Shown here piece by piece: positions 62,894 through 64,000 of a stretch of DNA of 64,000 bases. The stretch lies in the NCBI GenBank assembly GCA_965219415.1, contig CBDCNP010000002.1:3840001-3904000 (forward strand), in the 5' to 3' direction. The position numbers and the translations under genes are program-made. The DNA is from Candidatus Marinacidobacterales bacterium. Its GTDB lineage: Bacteria; Acidobacteriota; Vicinamibacteria; Marinacidobacterales; DATDRI01. Positions within the stretch are counted from its first letter, which is position 1; each line of letters starts with the position of its first letter. Under the pieces are notes generated by a model. It had not been told where the DNA came from. It ran no database searches and saw only the letters and a list, made by a program, of their open reading frames with translations.

Positions 62894-64000
62894 TCAAGCC
62901 TGGGATCGCAAGGCCGCGAGAACGTCTTCAAGGTTCTCGGTCGGCGCCTGACAGGCGTAGTTCTCGCACAGGTAGAAGCGAGGCTCGCCGTTGGCTGGAG
63001 TCTTTCCGGTAAGCAATGGAACCTTCTGCTCCACTTCGTTGCGGTGGGGCCACGAAGGATCGAGAAGCGCCACCGCCTCGTTGGGAGTGAAGAGCCCCCA
63101 GATCTTTGCCAGTGCGTCTTTGGTGGTCGCCGCGCTCGCCGAACCCACGACCGCGACCTCCCGTTTCGCTCCGAGGTAATAGTCCAGTGCGGCGAGCATC
63201 TGCGCGAAACCAGAAGGAGAGCGGTTCATTTGAGCGTGAAACGCATGAATCGTCTCCTGGCCCCGCGCCTCAAAATCGGACTGCCCGGAGTAGGTAGCGA
63301 GTTTTAACAAGTATGATGCGGCCACCGCATTGCCGGCGGGGATGGCACCGTCGTAGCCCGTTTTTGAGCGCATGATGAGAGATTCATGATCGGAACCGGT
63401 AAAGAAGAACCCGCCGTGGTTCTCATCCCAAAACAATCGCACCATCTCTTTGGCTAGCCGAGTGGCTTCGTCCAGCCAGGCGATATCGAAATCCGATTGG
63501 TAGAGCTCGAGGAGCCCCCCCATGAGGAACGCATAGTCATCGAGATACGCGGGAAGCTTCGCCCGTCCCTCTCGGTAAGTGGCCAGCAGGCGTCCGTCCT
63601 TGACGAGCGTTTCTCGTGCAAATCGCGCGGTTTTCGCCGCCGAGTCTAGAAACTTCTGATCACCGAGAACCCGAAATCCCCGGGCCATGGCGATAATCAT
63701 CAAGCCGTTCCAGCTGGTGAGGACCTTGTCGTCGAGGCCGGGCTTGATTCGCTGCTCGCGCGCCTCGAGAAGAATGCGACGCCCCTCCGAAAGCTCATCC
63801 GAGCTCGGGTCGATATCTTGAGAGTCGGAGAGGAGCCGGTTGAGAATATTCGTTTCCTCCCAGTTGCCGCCTTCGGTGACGTCGTAGTAATTGCAGAAGG
63901 TCTCGGATCGATCTCCGAGGAGAGCCTCGACTTCCTTTTTCCTCCAGACGAAGAACTTGCCCTCGACGCCTTCACTATCCGCGTCCTGGCTGGAGTAGTA
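62894..64000 (-). CDS. YyaL/SPATA20-like thioredoxin-domain protein (5' part outside window)
   Basis: Frame open to the window end: YSSQDADSEGVEGKFFVW...RIKPGLDDKVLTSWNGLM...YLDDYAF...FWD...GGFF...DGAIPAGN. Confidence 0.88.
   Translation of the reverse strand, partial: YYSSQDADSEGVEGKFFVWRKKEVEALLGDRSETFCNYYDVTEGGNWEETNILNRLLSDSQDIDPSSDELSEGRRILLEAREQRIKPGLDDKVLTSWNGLMIIAMARGFRVLGDQKFLDSAAKTARFARETLVKDGRLLATYREGRAKLPAYLDDYAFLMGGLLELYQSDFDIAWLDEATRLAKEMVRLFWDENHGGFFFTGSDHESLIMRSKTGYDGAIPAGNAVAASYLLKLATYSGQSDFEARGQETIHAFHAQMNRSPSGFAQMLAALDYYLGAKREVAVVGSASAATTKDALAKIWGLFTPNEAVALLDPSWPHRNEVEQKVPLLTGKTPANGEPRFYLCENYACQAPTENLEDVLAALRSQA

Overview
GC-rich bacterial chromosome segment spanning the replication origin. 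The lineage looks Acidobacteriota-like; this is an inference from the DnaA 'KHHSTV' motif, the atp operon lacking atpBE and the parAB-bactofilin-atp gene order. Left part: a surface-glycan region (two GT-C transferases, two NeuB-family synthases, SpsF, a frameshifted PseF-PseG fusion, Wzx, GT9, GT4, GT2/epimerase/DegT) interleaved with clpC, a sulfatase-like gene, pfkA, rsmI and a Leu/Val dehydrogenase. Middle: a complete but decayed ISL3 element, TPR-yvcK(glmR)-glmU-glmS-pcrA, gyrA-gyrB-dnaN-oriC-dnaA, then rpmH-rnpA-yidD-yidC-jag-rsmG, a free-standing LAGLIDADG gene, parS-parA-parB, bactofilin and a Sec-containing selD. Right part: atpF'FHAGDC, MATE, lipoprotein/TPR genes, an orphan Dam-type methylase and a partial yyaL. 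Main observations: (1) at least 10 copies of a dispersed ~44-bp element with co-varying 6-bp terminal inverted repeats, in or at the edge of intergenic regions, three of them in the dnaN-dnaA origin spacer; (2) a GlmU whose uridylyltransferase domain has lost its catalytic motifs, encoded directly after yvcK/glmR, which may supply the missing step; (3) an apparently catalytically dead LAGLIDADG protein divergent from parA across parS.
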